Source: Bacillales bacterium UBA1744
GTDB taxonomy: Bacteria; Bacillota_I; Bacilli_A; RFN20; CAG-826
Assembly: GCA_002314915.1 (NCBI GenBank)
Contig: DCHU01000029.1
Span: forward strand, 35,452-99,451
Length of the DNA: 64,000 nt
Direction of reading: 5' to 3'
The notes under the pieces were generated by a model. It saw only the letters and a program-made list of their open reading frames with translations, did not search any database and was not told where the DNA came from. Positions within the stretch are counted from its first letter, which is position 1. The number at the start of each line of letters is the position of its first letter. Below, piece by piece: positions 8,920-17,786 of the stretch. The position numbers were made by a program, and so were the translations under genes.

Positions 8920-10167
8920 TTATTTGTCGTGAAGAATTACTTTGTGGCCTTTTGATGAGAACTCGCTAGAACTAACGATTCCATCCTGCTGTAACTGTCC
9001 TAAAACCTTTGTGGCGGTCGGGAATCCGAGGTTGAATGTTTTCTGAAGTCTTCCTACTGAGCAATATTCCCAAGACATGACCTTATTGATGATCTTTCCA
9101 TAATCATCGTCTTCTTCCTGAGCAACTGCTTTTGGTTCTTCCTTAACTTCAGGGATTCCAGTGATTTTCGGAGATGGCTCAGCTTGGCTGTCATGGATGA
9201 CGACTTGCTGGAATGGGATGTTGATATGATGTTCATCAAACATGATCTTTATTGCTCTGTTGAGATCTCTTCCCACCTGGAATCTGTTCTCTTCTTTGCA
9301 CTTAGCGATGAACTTGAGTTCGATGCCGGATGCACCCAATTCTGAAACGCCTAAATAAATAACGTCTCCGATGCAGTTAGGGATTGTGGAATTAAGATCA
9401 TGGATTTCTGCTTTGATGATTGCTTCAACATCTTTGATGTTCGCACTGTATTCAATCTGAACAACAGACACCGCAACAGAGAGATTGTTTGTCATGTTGA
9501 TGAGTGTTCTGATGTCTGAGTTATTGATGATTTTGACATTGCCTCCAGCATCGACAAGTTGGGTTGTTCTAATACCGATTTCAGTAACTGTTCCTCTGAA
9601 ATCGTCGATGACGATGATGTCACCAACATCAAAGAGTTTTTCAAATACGATGAAGATACCTGCTATGACATCTTCGATGAGTGGCTGAACACCAAGACCG
9701 ACGATAATGGAGATAATTCCTGCCGATGCGAGGAGAGTAACTCCATCCACCCCTAATGCGCCGAGAACGGCGAATATCGCGATGAGTGCGGCTAAATACT
9801 TAATGAACGATGATAAGAGGCTCATCAACGCCTTCCTCTTAACATAAGCTGTTGAGATATAGATGATGAATCTAATTGTGTTGGATAAGGTTAGCAAAAC
9901 AATGAGGATTGAGGCGACACGAAGCACGATTGCACCTTCTGGCATTCCTTCAATTGTTCCGATATCCCAGAACTTGAAGAAGTTCATGGCCTGGTAAATC
10001 CATTGTGCACTTGCCGGGAAGATAACCCCGCCAAGGAACATTATCGTTGTGTAGATAATTCCGACGACGAGGGCGACGATAAAGACTGGGCTGAGTTTGG
10101 CTCTCTCATTCTTGATTCTCTTTTTTGCTTCTTTTGCGTCTTTTTTGATGTCTTCGTTAATATTCAT
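8920..10167 (-). CDS. MscS-family mechanosensitive channel fused to a C-terminal FtsK-gamma-like winged-helix domain
   Basis: TM helices are followed by the MscS beta-domain motif GDIIVIDDFRGTVTEIGIRTTQLVDAGGNVKIINNSDI. An acidic linker follows, then SVGRLQKTFNLGFPTATKVLGQLQQDGIVSS...KGHKVIL. Compare the FtsK gamma pattern ISxxQRxFRIGYNRAARIIDQxExxGIV...REVL. Confidence 0.8.
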   Translation of the reverse strand: MNINEDIKKDAKEAKKRIKNERAKLSPVFIVALVVGIIYTTIMFLGGVIFPASAQWIYQAMNFFKFWDIGTIEGMPEGAIVLRVASILIVLLTLSNTIRFIIYISTAYVKRKALMSLLSSFIKYLAALIAIFAVLGALGVDGVTLLASAGIISIIVGLGVQPLIEDVIAGIFIVFEKLFDVGDIIVIDDFRGTVTEIGIRTTQLVDAGGNVKIINNSDIRTLINMTNNLSVAVSVVQIEYSANIKDVEAIIKAEIHDLNSTIPNCIGDVIYLGVSELGASGIELKFIAKCKEENRFQVGRDLNRAIKIMFDEHHINIPFQQVVIHDSQAEPSPKITGIPEVKEEPKAVAQEEDDDYGKIINKVMSWEYCSVGRLQKTFNLGFPTATKVLGQLQQDGIVSSSEFSSKGHKVILHDK

Positions 10168-10191
10168 GTTTATCCTCCTTCGAAAGATAGT

Positions 10192-10998
10192 TTAAGCGAT
10201 TGTGAATTCCGTTCCAACTAGTGGCACAGATATTTCGGTTCCATCAAACCTCGTGATGGATCCAAATGTGATGAAATACATCTCACCCGATACAGATTCA
10301 ACAGTTCCGTTCGTTGATTCGAATGTGTCTCCTTGAGCGATGAGTTCTCCATTCTCATAGATATACATATCTAGAGTTCCATAGAAAGCATAGGATGCAA
10401 AGTGGGTAAACCCGCTTAAATCACCGCTTGTATAAGTGACACTATAATCCATTCCGTCGAATGTGCACGAAGCGTCTAGAACGCCTCTTTTTGTTTCTAT
10501 GGTTGTGGTGTCTGTATACGTTTGCTGTAATAAGTCCATTACCCTCAAGTCATAGTCTCCAGAGTAGAGCGGAATTGTATCAATGAAGTATTCTTCTTCA
10601 TCATGGTAAATGGTATTTGAGTAGTCAAAATCCCCACAAATCAGCTTAATATCCTGTATATTTGCCGATTTTACAGGCATTGTAATGGCCATCTGACCAT
10701 TATCCTCTACCTTGGATCTGGATATCATTACAACCGCAATTGCAGTGACTGATGTGGCGCCGATTGCAAGGGCCGTAACGATAGTTTTGACCTGGTTGGC
10801 TTTTCTCTTTTCTCTAGCGCTTGTGGCGTGTTCTCGATTCAATGTCGAAAGAACGTACTTGGCATCCTGATACTCGTCGCCAAGCCGTGGGGTTGGATCG
10901 CTCTTAACTTCTTCGTAGGAGTATCCAAATTCTTTTTCGGTTTCGTTCTTTGAATCGTATGACATGTGGTTGTCTGCAAGGCATTTTCTTTGCAGCAA
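10192..10998 (-). CDS. Single-pass membrane-anchored protein, unknown function
   Basis: The only evidence is the ORF plus one TM segment (TIVTALAIGATSVTAIAVVMI). The track start is a TTG without an SD, and the ATG at 10965 (MSYDSKNE) is an alternative start. Confidence 0.5.
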   Translation of the reverse strand: MLQRKCLADNHMSYDSKNETEKEFGYSYEEVKSDPTPRLGDEYQDAKYVLSTLNREHATSAREKRKANQVKTIVTALAIGATSVTAIAVVMISRSKVEDNGQMAITMPVKSANIQDIKLICGDFDYSNTIYHDEEEYFIDTIPLYSGDYDLRVMDLLQQTYTDTTTIETKRGVLDASCTFDGMDYSVTYTSGDLSGFTHFASYAFYGTLDMYIYENGELIAQGDTFESTNGTVESVSGEMYFITFGSITRFDGTEISVPLVGTEFTIA

Positions 10999-11136
10999 AT
11001 AATCATATCATTTTATTCTTTCTTTTGAATGAATAACCATTCTTCTGTTTGGAGATATGGCGATTTTATCAAAGTTTCTTTGAAACATTGCACAATTGAA
11101 GATACACTATATCAGCACTTCATAAAGGAGAGAAAT

Positions 11137-11889
11137 ATGAAGAAATCATTATTAGGATTATTAATGGCAGCACCACTTATGCTCGCTGCATGTGGCGGAG
11201 GCAACACACCAGTTGAACCAGTTTCATCTGAAGAAGGGAGCGTTGCTCCTTCTGGATACAAATACACTGCTACATTCAAAGAAAACTCAGGCTTTGCACT
11301 TACAGGCGTTAAGGCTCAGTGGTGCGACACCACTTCCGGAATCTGCAAAACTCCAGTCGAGGTCAATGACAAAGGATATGCTGAAGCATACTTTGAAGAG
11401 TTATCAAATTACTATGTCCACGTTGTTGGATATAACACAGCAGAATGGGCATTCAACCCATATGCTCACATCGCTACACCAGAGAATAGAGATGTCGAGA
11501 TCAAGATGACATATGTCGCTCTTGGTGATGTAGAACACACAGCAAATACCTACATGACATGTCTCCAGACAATCTCAGACGTTGCATATAACATAACCCT
11601 CTCGCAGGACGAATCGTTCTACTTGGTATTCAACAACACCGGGGAACAGTCATACTCAATCGAGTCATGGCAGAGCGACGCAAACGCTGCAATGAAGGTT
11701 GAGCAAATCAACGGTTATGATGAAACTGTGATTGGCGAAGGCGTTGAAGCAGAGAACGGCAACTTCAAATATGAGTTCTCTCACAACACAACAGACAGGG
11801 TATCTTCCTATTTCAAAATCACATTAACGAACAACCCATATAGAAGCGGAAAGCCTTACACATTCCCATTCTCTATCGTTGAGAAATAA
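11137..11889 (+). CDS. Lipoprotein, unknown function
   Basis: I trimmed the track ORF (11029) to the ATG at 11137, which is preceded by AAGGAGAG. The signal peptide with lipobox is MKKSLLGLLMAAPLMLAAC. Confidence 0.7.
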   Translation: MKKSLLGLLMAAPLMLAACGGGNTPVEPVSSEEGSVAPSGYKYTATFKENSGFALTGVKAQWCDTTSGICKTPVEVNDKGYAEAYFEELSNYYVHVVGYNTAEWAFNPYAHIATPENRDVEIKMTYVALGDVEHTANTYMTCLQTISDVAYNITLSQDESFYLVFNNTGEQSYSIESWQSDANAAMKVEQINGYDETVIGEGVEAENGNFKYEFSHNTTDRVSSYFKITLTNNPYRSGKPYTFPFSIVEK

Positions 11890-11903
11890 GCGCAAAACAA
11901 ACA

Positions 11904-11928
11904 AAAATCCCGGAAATCCCGGGATTTT
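11904..11928. terminator. Bidirectional terminator between convergent genes
   Basis: AAAATCCCGG aaatc CCGGGATTTT forms a perfect 10-bp stem flanked by A and T runs. Confidence 0.8.
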
Positions 11929-11936
11929 CTTTTATT

Positions 11937-13520
11937 TTACTTTGCGATTCCAAGCATTTCGGCATAACACTCAAGGGTGTCCATTCCGATTGCATTTGTC
12001 TCCACACCGATGATCACGCCTTCACTGTCAAGGACGACCGTAATAGGGAATCCGTTGGTCGTGAAGTGTGATGCATACGATGCGTTGTAGTCCATACCGA
12101 AGTCCATGTACATCGTTGTCCAGTCAACTTCAGGTCTCTCTTCTGAGATGTAGTCCCTGCACTCCTCTTTGGTATCAATAGAGTCAAGGATGATTAAATC
12201 TAAGTCGCCTTGATACTTGTTGTAGAAATCCTGGAAGTGAGGCATTTCAGTCTTGCAACCAGCACAGTCGACATACCAGAAGTTAAGGATGGTTGGCGTT
12301 CCGTAATGGTCAGAGATTGTCCATGTTCCGTCGCTTCTAACAAGGTCGAATGTTGCATCAGGCGCAATCATACCGACTTGATATCCCTCAGGAACAGTAT
12401 CGAAGAAATTGTAATAGACAAGCGCAGCGCTTAAGACAACAGTCATTGTTACGCCGACGCCAATTGCCCAACCTTTTTTAAGTTTGTTTCTTGGCTTAGG
12501 GTTCTTTGCGATTGCCTCTGGTCTGATTCTCTCCTGCTTAACAGGTTCAACAACCACTGGTGTTTCGTTCTTGTTTGCCATCTCTGCAAGATTGAGTTTT
12601 CTCTCTGGGATTGGAGTCTCGATTGCGTTAGGAGCAAGGAAGATCTTATCGCCCTTCCACTTGATTGCGTTAACAGGGCAAACAGGGATACATTCTCCGC
12701 AAGAGATACATTCGTGGTCACCAACGTGTTTGATGTCCATCTTACATTTATCTAAGCAAAGTCCGCAGTTTGTGCATGTAACAGGGTCATATTCAACGCC
12801 GAACAAGGCGATTTTGTTGAAGAAACCATAGATTGCGCCAAGTGGGCAGAAGAATCTGCAGAAGAATCTATAGATGAACATTGAGGCCACGATGAACACC
12901 ATAAGAAGACTGAACTTCCAGGTGAACAGAGGTCCCATATCACCCATGTTTGCAGGGTCTGACATTAAGAAGAGAGAACCTTCAAAAGTGCCAACTGGGC
13001 AGATGTATTTACAGAAGGCAGGAATCTGCATTCCGATGAATGAATACATGATTGGGATTGTGACAACGAATACGGCAAGGATTACATATTTGAGGTATGA
13101 TGCAATTCTTGACCATTTGGATTTCTTGAGTTTTGGAGTCTTTACCTTGTAAGCGAACTCTTGGAGCATACCAACTGGGCAAAGCCATCCGCAGATGGTT
13201 CTTCCGCAGATGAGTCCGAAGAGCATGATGCATCCAATTACATAGTAAGGCGTTCTTGTATCAGCGGATTCGAGTGAGTTCTGAAGTGCACCTAAAGGAC
13301 ATGTTCCAATAGCACCTGGGCATGAATAGCAGTTGAAACCAGGCAAGCATGCATACTTGGTGTTGCCAGTGTAGATGCTCGCGTTGATGAAGCCTTTGAT
13401 GTTTGCGTTGTAAAGAAGCGCTACATAGAGCTGAACGATTCTACGTCTGGTTGGTGCATGGTCTTTTAACCAACCCCATACGTTTTTGAAGAACTGTTTA
13501 ATCTTATTCATACTATCCAA
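11937..13520 (-). CDS. NapH/NosR-like polytopic 4Fe-4S protein fused to a C-terminal TM + TlpA/ResA-like thioredoxin domain
   Basis: There are four CxxxCP(V/L)G motifs (CYSCPGAIGTCPLG, CGWLCPVG, CKYICPVG, CRFFCPLG). A 2x[4Fe-4S] ferredoxin motif follows (CTNCGLCLDKC...CISCGECIPVCP), then a basic/Pro linker, then the TM GWAIGVGVTMTVVLSAALVYY. The thioredoxin fold is ILNFWYVDCAGCKTEMPHF...GFPITVVLDSEGVI. Confidence 0.8.
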   Translation of the reverse strand: MDSMNKIKQFFKNVWGWLKDHAPTRRRIVQLYVALLYNANIKGFINASIYTGNTKYACLPGFNCYSCPGAIGTCPLGALQNSLESADTRTPYYVIGCIMLFGLICGRTICGWLCPVGMLQEFAYKVKTPKLKKSKWSRIASYLKYVILAVFVVTIPIMYSFIGMQIPAFCKYICPVGTFEGSLFLMSDPANMGDMGPLFTWKFSLLMVFIVASMFIYRFFCRFFCPLGAIYGFFNKIALFGVEYDPVTCTNCGLCLDKCKMDIKHVGDHECISCGECIPVCPVNAIKWKGDKIFLAPNAIETPIPERKLNLAEMANKNETPVVVEPVKQERIRPEAIAKNPKPRNKLKKGWAIGVGVTMTVVLSAALVYYNFFDTVPEGYQVGMIAPDATFDLVRSDGTWTISDHYGTPTILNFWYVDCAGCKTEMPHFQDFYNKYQGDLDLIILDSIDTKEECRDYISEERPEVDWTTMYMDFGMDYNASYASHFTTNGFPITVVLDSEGVIIGVETNAIGMDTLECYAEMLGIAK

Positions 13521-14349
13521 TTCCTATGCACTCTTTGCAGATTGCGACTGCCTTCTTTAGAGCTTCTGCCGCTCCACCATTGAGGATACCTGCAACTATA
13601 AATGTGATGGCCATAACCAAAATTACGCCTCTAATAATCCAAACAGATTTATCGTTAAGTTTTCTTCTTGGGAGTGGTCTTAAATCATTTTGAGAGGATT
13701 TTAGCACTGCTTTTAACGATTCATATTCAAGTTTTGCCCATAGTTCATTGAGGGCAAACACGATTACTGCGGTTGCAAATGAGATAACGACGAATGGAAG
13801 AACATGCTCCATGCACTTAGCCATTTCCTGCATAAGAGGGATAGTCGCGGTCTCAACGAAATTGTTCTTGTTGAGCAAGTATCCATATGAGAGGCCCGCA
13901 CAGGCTGCTGTGATGACTAAGGACACAATGAAACCAATGAGTCTTCTTGTTTTGTATTTCTTAATGAGGGAGTATTCAATTTCCATTCCAACAACCGGTT
14001 CTTTAGGGAGTTTGGCTTCAAGCTCTCTGATGTTGTCAGCTTTGGCGCCTTTGTATCTCCATCTTCTTTCTTCATGAGGGAAGACGTATGAGAGGACACC
14101 TGCCGTGACGAGCAATATACCCCATAGAATGACGATTGCCATGATTGGAGAGAATGCTGCCCATATGGTTTCTGGAGTATATGGATGGTCGTCCATAGTG
14201 CCTCTATATGTGGCAAATAACCACTGGACTCTAACGATGAAAAGAACACCAACAACGATGGTCAAAAGACCTAAGACTGCTTCTATAATGAAGCATGCCT
14301 TTTTGGCTGGTGTTAGCATTTTGAACTTCTCAATGAGGGCTTTCATCAT
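13513..14349 (-). CDS. Multi-pass membrane protein ending in a CD1871A-like CXXC module
   Basis: The C-terminus ...GILNGGAAEALKKAVAICKECIGIG matches my recollection of the short CD1871A-family CXXC proteins (ICxECIGIG). Its stop overlaps the downstream 4Fe-4S gene start by 8 nt. Confidence 0.6.
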   Translation of the reverse strand: MMKALIEKFKMLTPAKKACFIIEAVLGLLTIVVGVLFIVRVQWLFATYRGTMDDHPYTPETIWAAFSPIMAIVILWGILLVTAGVLSYVFPHEERRWRYKGAKADNIRELEAKLPKEPVVGMEIEYSLIKKYKTRRLIGFIVSLVITAACAGLSYGYLLNKNNFVETATIPLMQEMAKCMEHVLPFVVISFATAVIVFALNELWAKLEYESLKAVLKSSQNDLRPLPRRKLNDKSVWIIRGVILVMAITFIVAGILNGGAAEALKKAVAICKECIGIG

Positions 14350-14355
14350 GAGCCG

Positions 14356-14385
14356 ATTATAAATTAACTAAGGTTTAAAACTCAA
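14356..14385 (-). promoter_or_regulatory. Promoter giving a leaderless transcript of the CXXC/4Fe-4S pair
   Basis: The minus strand reads TTGAGT (14380-14385), an 18-nt spacer, TATAAT (14356-14361), then 6 nt (CGGCTC), then the ATG at 14349. No SD is present. Confidence 0.55.
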
Positions 14386-14493
14386 TTATTTATAATAAAA
14401 AACCATTTTTGTTGACGTTGATAAGCAATTTTTGGTTAGTTTTCAGAATGTTTGGATATAATACGCATGTATATCGATACATAAGGAGACCAT

Positions 14494-16269
14494 ATGAATA
14501 CATCTTGGGACTTATCAAGAATCTGCTCTTCTCAGGAAGAATTTGAGAAGGGTTTAGCCTGGTGCAAAGAAGTTGCAATTCCAGGTGTCGCCTCATTCAA
14601 AGGCAAACTCGGAACCGAAGAGGGATTAATCGGTTATTTGAATCTCGAAAGAGAGATCGAAGAAAAACTTTCTAAGGTCGCTATATTCGCCAGCATGAGA
14701 AGCGATCTCGACAAGAGAGACACTAAAAACGCTCAGGATTTAGCAAGAATCCACTTAGCGTATAACGACTTGGGGGCAGCTGACTCATATTCACAGCCAG
14801 AAATCCTCGCTTTAGGAAAAGAATACATGGATGCGTTCTTTGAAAAACATCCAGAATTCAAAGACTTCGACTACCAGATGGACAAGCTCTTCAACTCACA
14901 GAAGTTCGTTCTTGATGGTGAGAAGGAAGGGTTGCTCGCTAACTATAGCGCGCTCTCAAATGCAGGATCACAGCTCTATTCCATGTTATCCGTTGCAGAC
15001 GCTATGCCAAAAACCATCACTTTATCTGACGGAAGAGAACTCACTGTCACTCAGTCCAATTGGACACACGAAGTAGAACATGCAAAAACCGAAGAAGATA
15101 GAAAAGCAATCTTCGAGGCTTTGTATAGCTACTATGACGAGAGAAAGAACACCTATGGTGAAATCTATGCTCAGGTATTGAACGCAGAGATGGCAACCCT
15201 CAAATCAAGAGGATTCTCATCCATTCTCGAAGAGCACCTCTTCACAAACAAGATTCCAACAAGCGTCTTCACGAACCTCGTTGAAGTAGCCTCAAACAAC
15301 AGCGCAGCTCTCAAGAAGTATTATGAGATTAAGAGAAAATATCTCGGCTTAGAGAAATTCCGCTCATACGACAGATTTGTCCAGCTCGCTAAGAGCGATT
15401 CCAAGTATACATATGAAGAATCACTTAAGATCTTCTATGACTCACTTGAAGGTCTTTATACAGAGGACTACAAGGCTAAGGCTAGAGAAGTCACTGCAGA
15501 AGGCTATGTTGATGTCTTCCCTGGAGCAGGAAAGAGAACAGGTGCTTACTCAACTGGCGGCTATGGAGTTCACCCATATATTCTTTTGAACTTCAACGGA
15601 GGTTTAGACGATATATTCACTGTCGCGCATGAAGCGGGACATTCAGTACACACCATGTACTCAGATGAGGCTCAGCCACTTTTGAAGCAGAATTACACCA
15701 TTTTCGTTGCAGAAATAGCTTCAACATTCAACGAACACAACTTAATTGACTACTTGATGCAGAAAGAAGACGTGTCAAAGAACGACAAGATCTTCCTCTT
15801 ACAGAAGGCAATCGATGAAATTTGCGCCACATTCTATCGCCAGACATTATTCGGCCACTACGAATGGGAAGCAGCTAAGAAGGCAGAGGCTGGTGAGCCT
15901 ATCAACCACGAGGTCTTATCAAACATCATGGTCGACCTCTATCAGCAGTATTACGGCATCGATATCAGAGAAGAGAAGTATAAGCAGTATGTTTGGGCTT
16001 ATATCCCACACCTCTTCTACACTCCATTCTATGTCTACCAGTACGCCACATCATTCACCGCTTCAATGTTGATCTATGAAAACGTTAAGGCAGGTAAACC
16101 AGGAGCATTCGAAAACTACATCAATATGCTCAAGATGGGCGGAAGCGATTATCCAATCGACGAGGTTAAGTCAGCAGGCGTTGACCTCACGACAAAAGAG
16201 CCATTCCTCGCTGTTACAAGACGTATGGAATATCTCGTTGATGAGTTGGAGAAACTCTTAACAGAATAA
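14494..16269 (+). CDS. pepF: Oligoendopeptidase F (M3B family)
   Basis: It is 591 aa with the zinc motif HEAGHSVH and typical PepF length and context. RBS AAGGAGA lies upstream. Confidence 0.85.
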   Translation: MNTSWDLSRICSSQEEFEKGLAWCKEVAIPGVASFKGKLGTEEGLIGYLNLEREIEEKLSKVAIFASMRSDLDKRDTKNAQDLARIHLAYNDLGAADSYSQPEILALGKEYMDAFFEKHPEFKDFDYQMDKLFNSQKFVLDGEKEGLLANYSALSNAGSQLYSMLSVADAMPKTITLSDGRELTVTQSNWTHEVEHAKTEEDRKAIFEALYSYYDERKNTYGEIYAQVLNAEMATLKSRGFSSILEEHLFTNKIPTSVFTNLVEVASNNSAALKKYYEIKRKYLGLEKFRSYDRFVQLAKSDSKYTYEESLKIFYDSLEGLYTEDYKAKAREVTAEGYVDVFPGAGKRTGAYSTGGYGVHPYILLNFNGGLDDIFTVAHEAGHSVHTMYSDEAQPLLKQNYTIFVAEIASTFNEHNLIDYLMQKEDVSKNDKIFLLQKAIDEICATFYRQTLFGHYEWEAAKKAEAGEPINHEVLSNIMVDLYQQYYGIDIREEKYKQYVWAYIPHLFYTPFYVYQYATSFTASMLIYENVKAGKPGAFENYINMLKMGGSDYPIDEVKSAGVDLTTKEPFLAVTRRMEYLVDELEKLLTE

Positions 16270-16278
16270 GCCAAAAAG

Positions 16279-16302
16279 AACCTCCCGGATAACCGAGAGG
16301 TT
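16279..16302. terminator. Bidirectional terminator between pepF and the acyltransferase gene
   Basis: AACCTCcCGG ataa CCGaGAGGTT is flanked by an A run and a T run. Confidence 0.7.
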
Positions 16303-16306
16303 TTTC

Positions 16307-17626
16307 TTATTGTTCTTCTGCTTCTTTATACATCCAGTCGTTCCAAGGGAAGTTCTTCCATGTATTAACATGGAGTCTGTGCATCTCTTGTACGAGCATG
16401 ATTGCTTTAGCGCCGAAATGATCAGCGCCTTCAGGTCTATAGAACTCATAGAGTTCACCATTGAAGAAGATTGCGAATGTTCTGAAGTCATTCTCAACGT
16501 TCATTGTGTAGACTTCTTTGTAGTCTTCGAATATCTCAAATGGTTCACCGAGTTTGGTACCTTTGTAATGGAGACCCTCATGGTCGATTGTTAAGACGCC
16601 CTCACCGCAGATTTCTGTGGTGTTTGGATCCTTAACGCATTTGTATGGAGGGAGGTATCCAAGCTTAACTTCTCTAGAGAATGAGTAGTTAGGGTCTTTT
16701 CTGATCTCTTTGATGATCTGGGCTCTTTCCCAGTCAACCCACTTGGATGGTGTCTCAGGGATTACGCATGTGTCATCGAATGGAAGGAGGTCATAATACT
16801 CATTGACGTTCATACCGTTGCCACACTTGGTGCACTTACATGAATTGCCTTCAGCTACGATTGTGAATTCCTCACCGCACTTAGGACATTTGTAGAGCAT
16901 ATCGTCCCAATGCGAACAAGCGTTGTTCTTGATCTTGTATTTGATCCTAGCGGTCTTGTTCCAGACATAATCGTCGTGGTTGAAGACCTCATCAATCTTG
17001 GTCTGGATTTCATCTCCAGTCATGGCCTTTAAGTCCTCTGGAGTGAATAATTTGTAGATTTTTGCGTAGATTTTGCCAGGTTTATCCTCGATATCGACCT
17101 TATGAGACATGAGATATGCGCCTTTAAGGTCCATGCAGTAGATCGGGATGCCGTAGTGTTTCAAGAACTTACCGGTTCCTGGAACGATAGGCTGAGACAT
17201 ACCGAACATGGATGAAGTTCCTTCTGGCGAGAAGGTGACGACGTTTCCGAGTTTGATTGCTCTATGCATTCCGGCGATTGACACCATATCGCTAGAGAAA
17301 TTCTTCTTAGGAATAACGTTTACAAGATGGAATAAGAATCTAAATTTCTTGCGGAAGAATTCGTTGTAGCCAGCAAGCATATTGAACTGCCTTGGATACA
17401 TGCCTAACTGCAAGAAAAGATAGTCTCTTCTAGAAAGGTGGTTCCAGATAAGGAAGCATGGTCCTGGTTCTTTTCTGATATCATCGACCATCTCAATCTC
17501 TGCGTTATATGGAGCAGCGACGATGTGTGCGAGCACGTTATAAGCCCACCAAACGACTGGGTTTGTCTTTTTAATTTTGCGACGCTCCTCTTGTTGCTGA
17601 AGCGTGAGTTTAGGTTTCTTGGCCAT
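16307..17626 (-). CDS. Lysophospholipid (PlsC-like) acyltransferase with C-terminal zinc-ribbon-containing extension
   Basis: It has the HX4D motif NHLSRRD, the PEGT block (FSPEGTSS) and the ribbon CPKCGEEF...CKCTKCGN. I trimmed the track start (17650) to the ATG at 17626 (MAKKPKL). Confidence 0.7.
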   Translation of the reverse strand: MAKKPKLTLQQQEERRKIKKTNPVVWWAYNVLAHIVAAPYNAEIEMVDDIRKEPGPCFLIWNHLSRRDYLFLQLGMYPRQFNMLAGYNEFFRKKFRFLFHLVNVIPKKNFSSDMVSIAGMHRAIKLGNVVTFSPEGTSSMFGMSQPIVPGTGKFLKHYGIPIYCMDLKGAYLMSHKVDIEDKPGKIYAKIYKLFTPEDLKAMTGDEIQTKIDEVFNHDDYVWNKTARIKYKIKNNACSHWDDMLYKCPKCGEEFTIVAEGNSCKCTKCGNGMNVNEYYDLLPFDDTCVIPETPSKWVDWERAQIIKEIRKDPNYSFSREVKLGYLPPYKCVKDPNTTEICGEGVLTIDHEGLHYKGTKLGEPFEIFEDYKEVYTMNVENDFRTFAIFFNGELYEFYRPEGADHFGAKAIMLVQEMHRLHVNTWKNFPWNDWMYKEAEEQ

Positions 17627-17786
17627 AAAGGTACCTCTGAGATAGGGCAATTATACTTTAAAAGTGTACATTATGGAAATCTCTTAAAACGCCTCGTCTT
17701 AAGAGAATCGTAAGATTGTATATAACATTTACCGTTTATCCTTAGGATATGTCTAAGACAAAAAGAAAGACCACAAAGTGGCCTTT

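Noticed and set aside
11029-11136. N-terminal extensions of track ORFs (11029, 8894, 17650, 33706, 39215, 43595, 45522, 52701, 49968)
   Set aside because: In each case an internal ATG preceded by a good RBS gives a canonical signal peptide/lipobox or a conserved N-terminus. The extensions run into the neighbouring gene, a terminator or a promoter.
17741-17782. Tiny + strand ORF MSKTKRKTTKWPF
   Set aside because: Its 3' half is the GH2 terminator hairpin, it has no convincing RBS, and it is most likely fortuitous.
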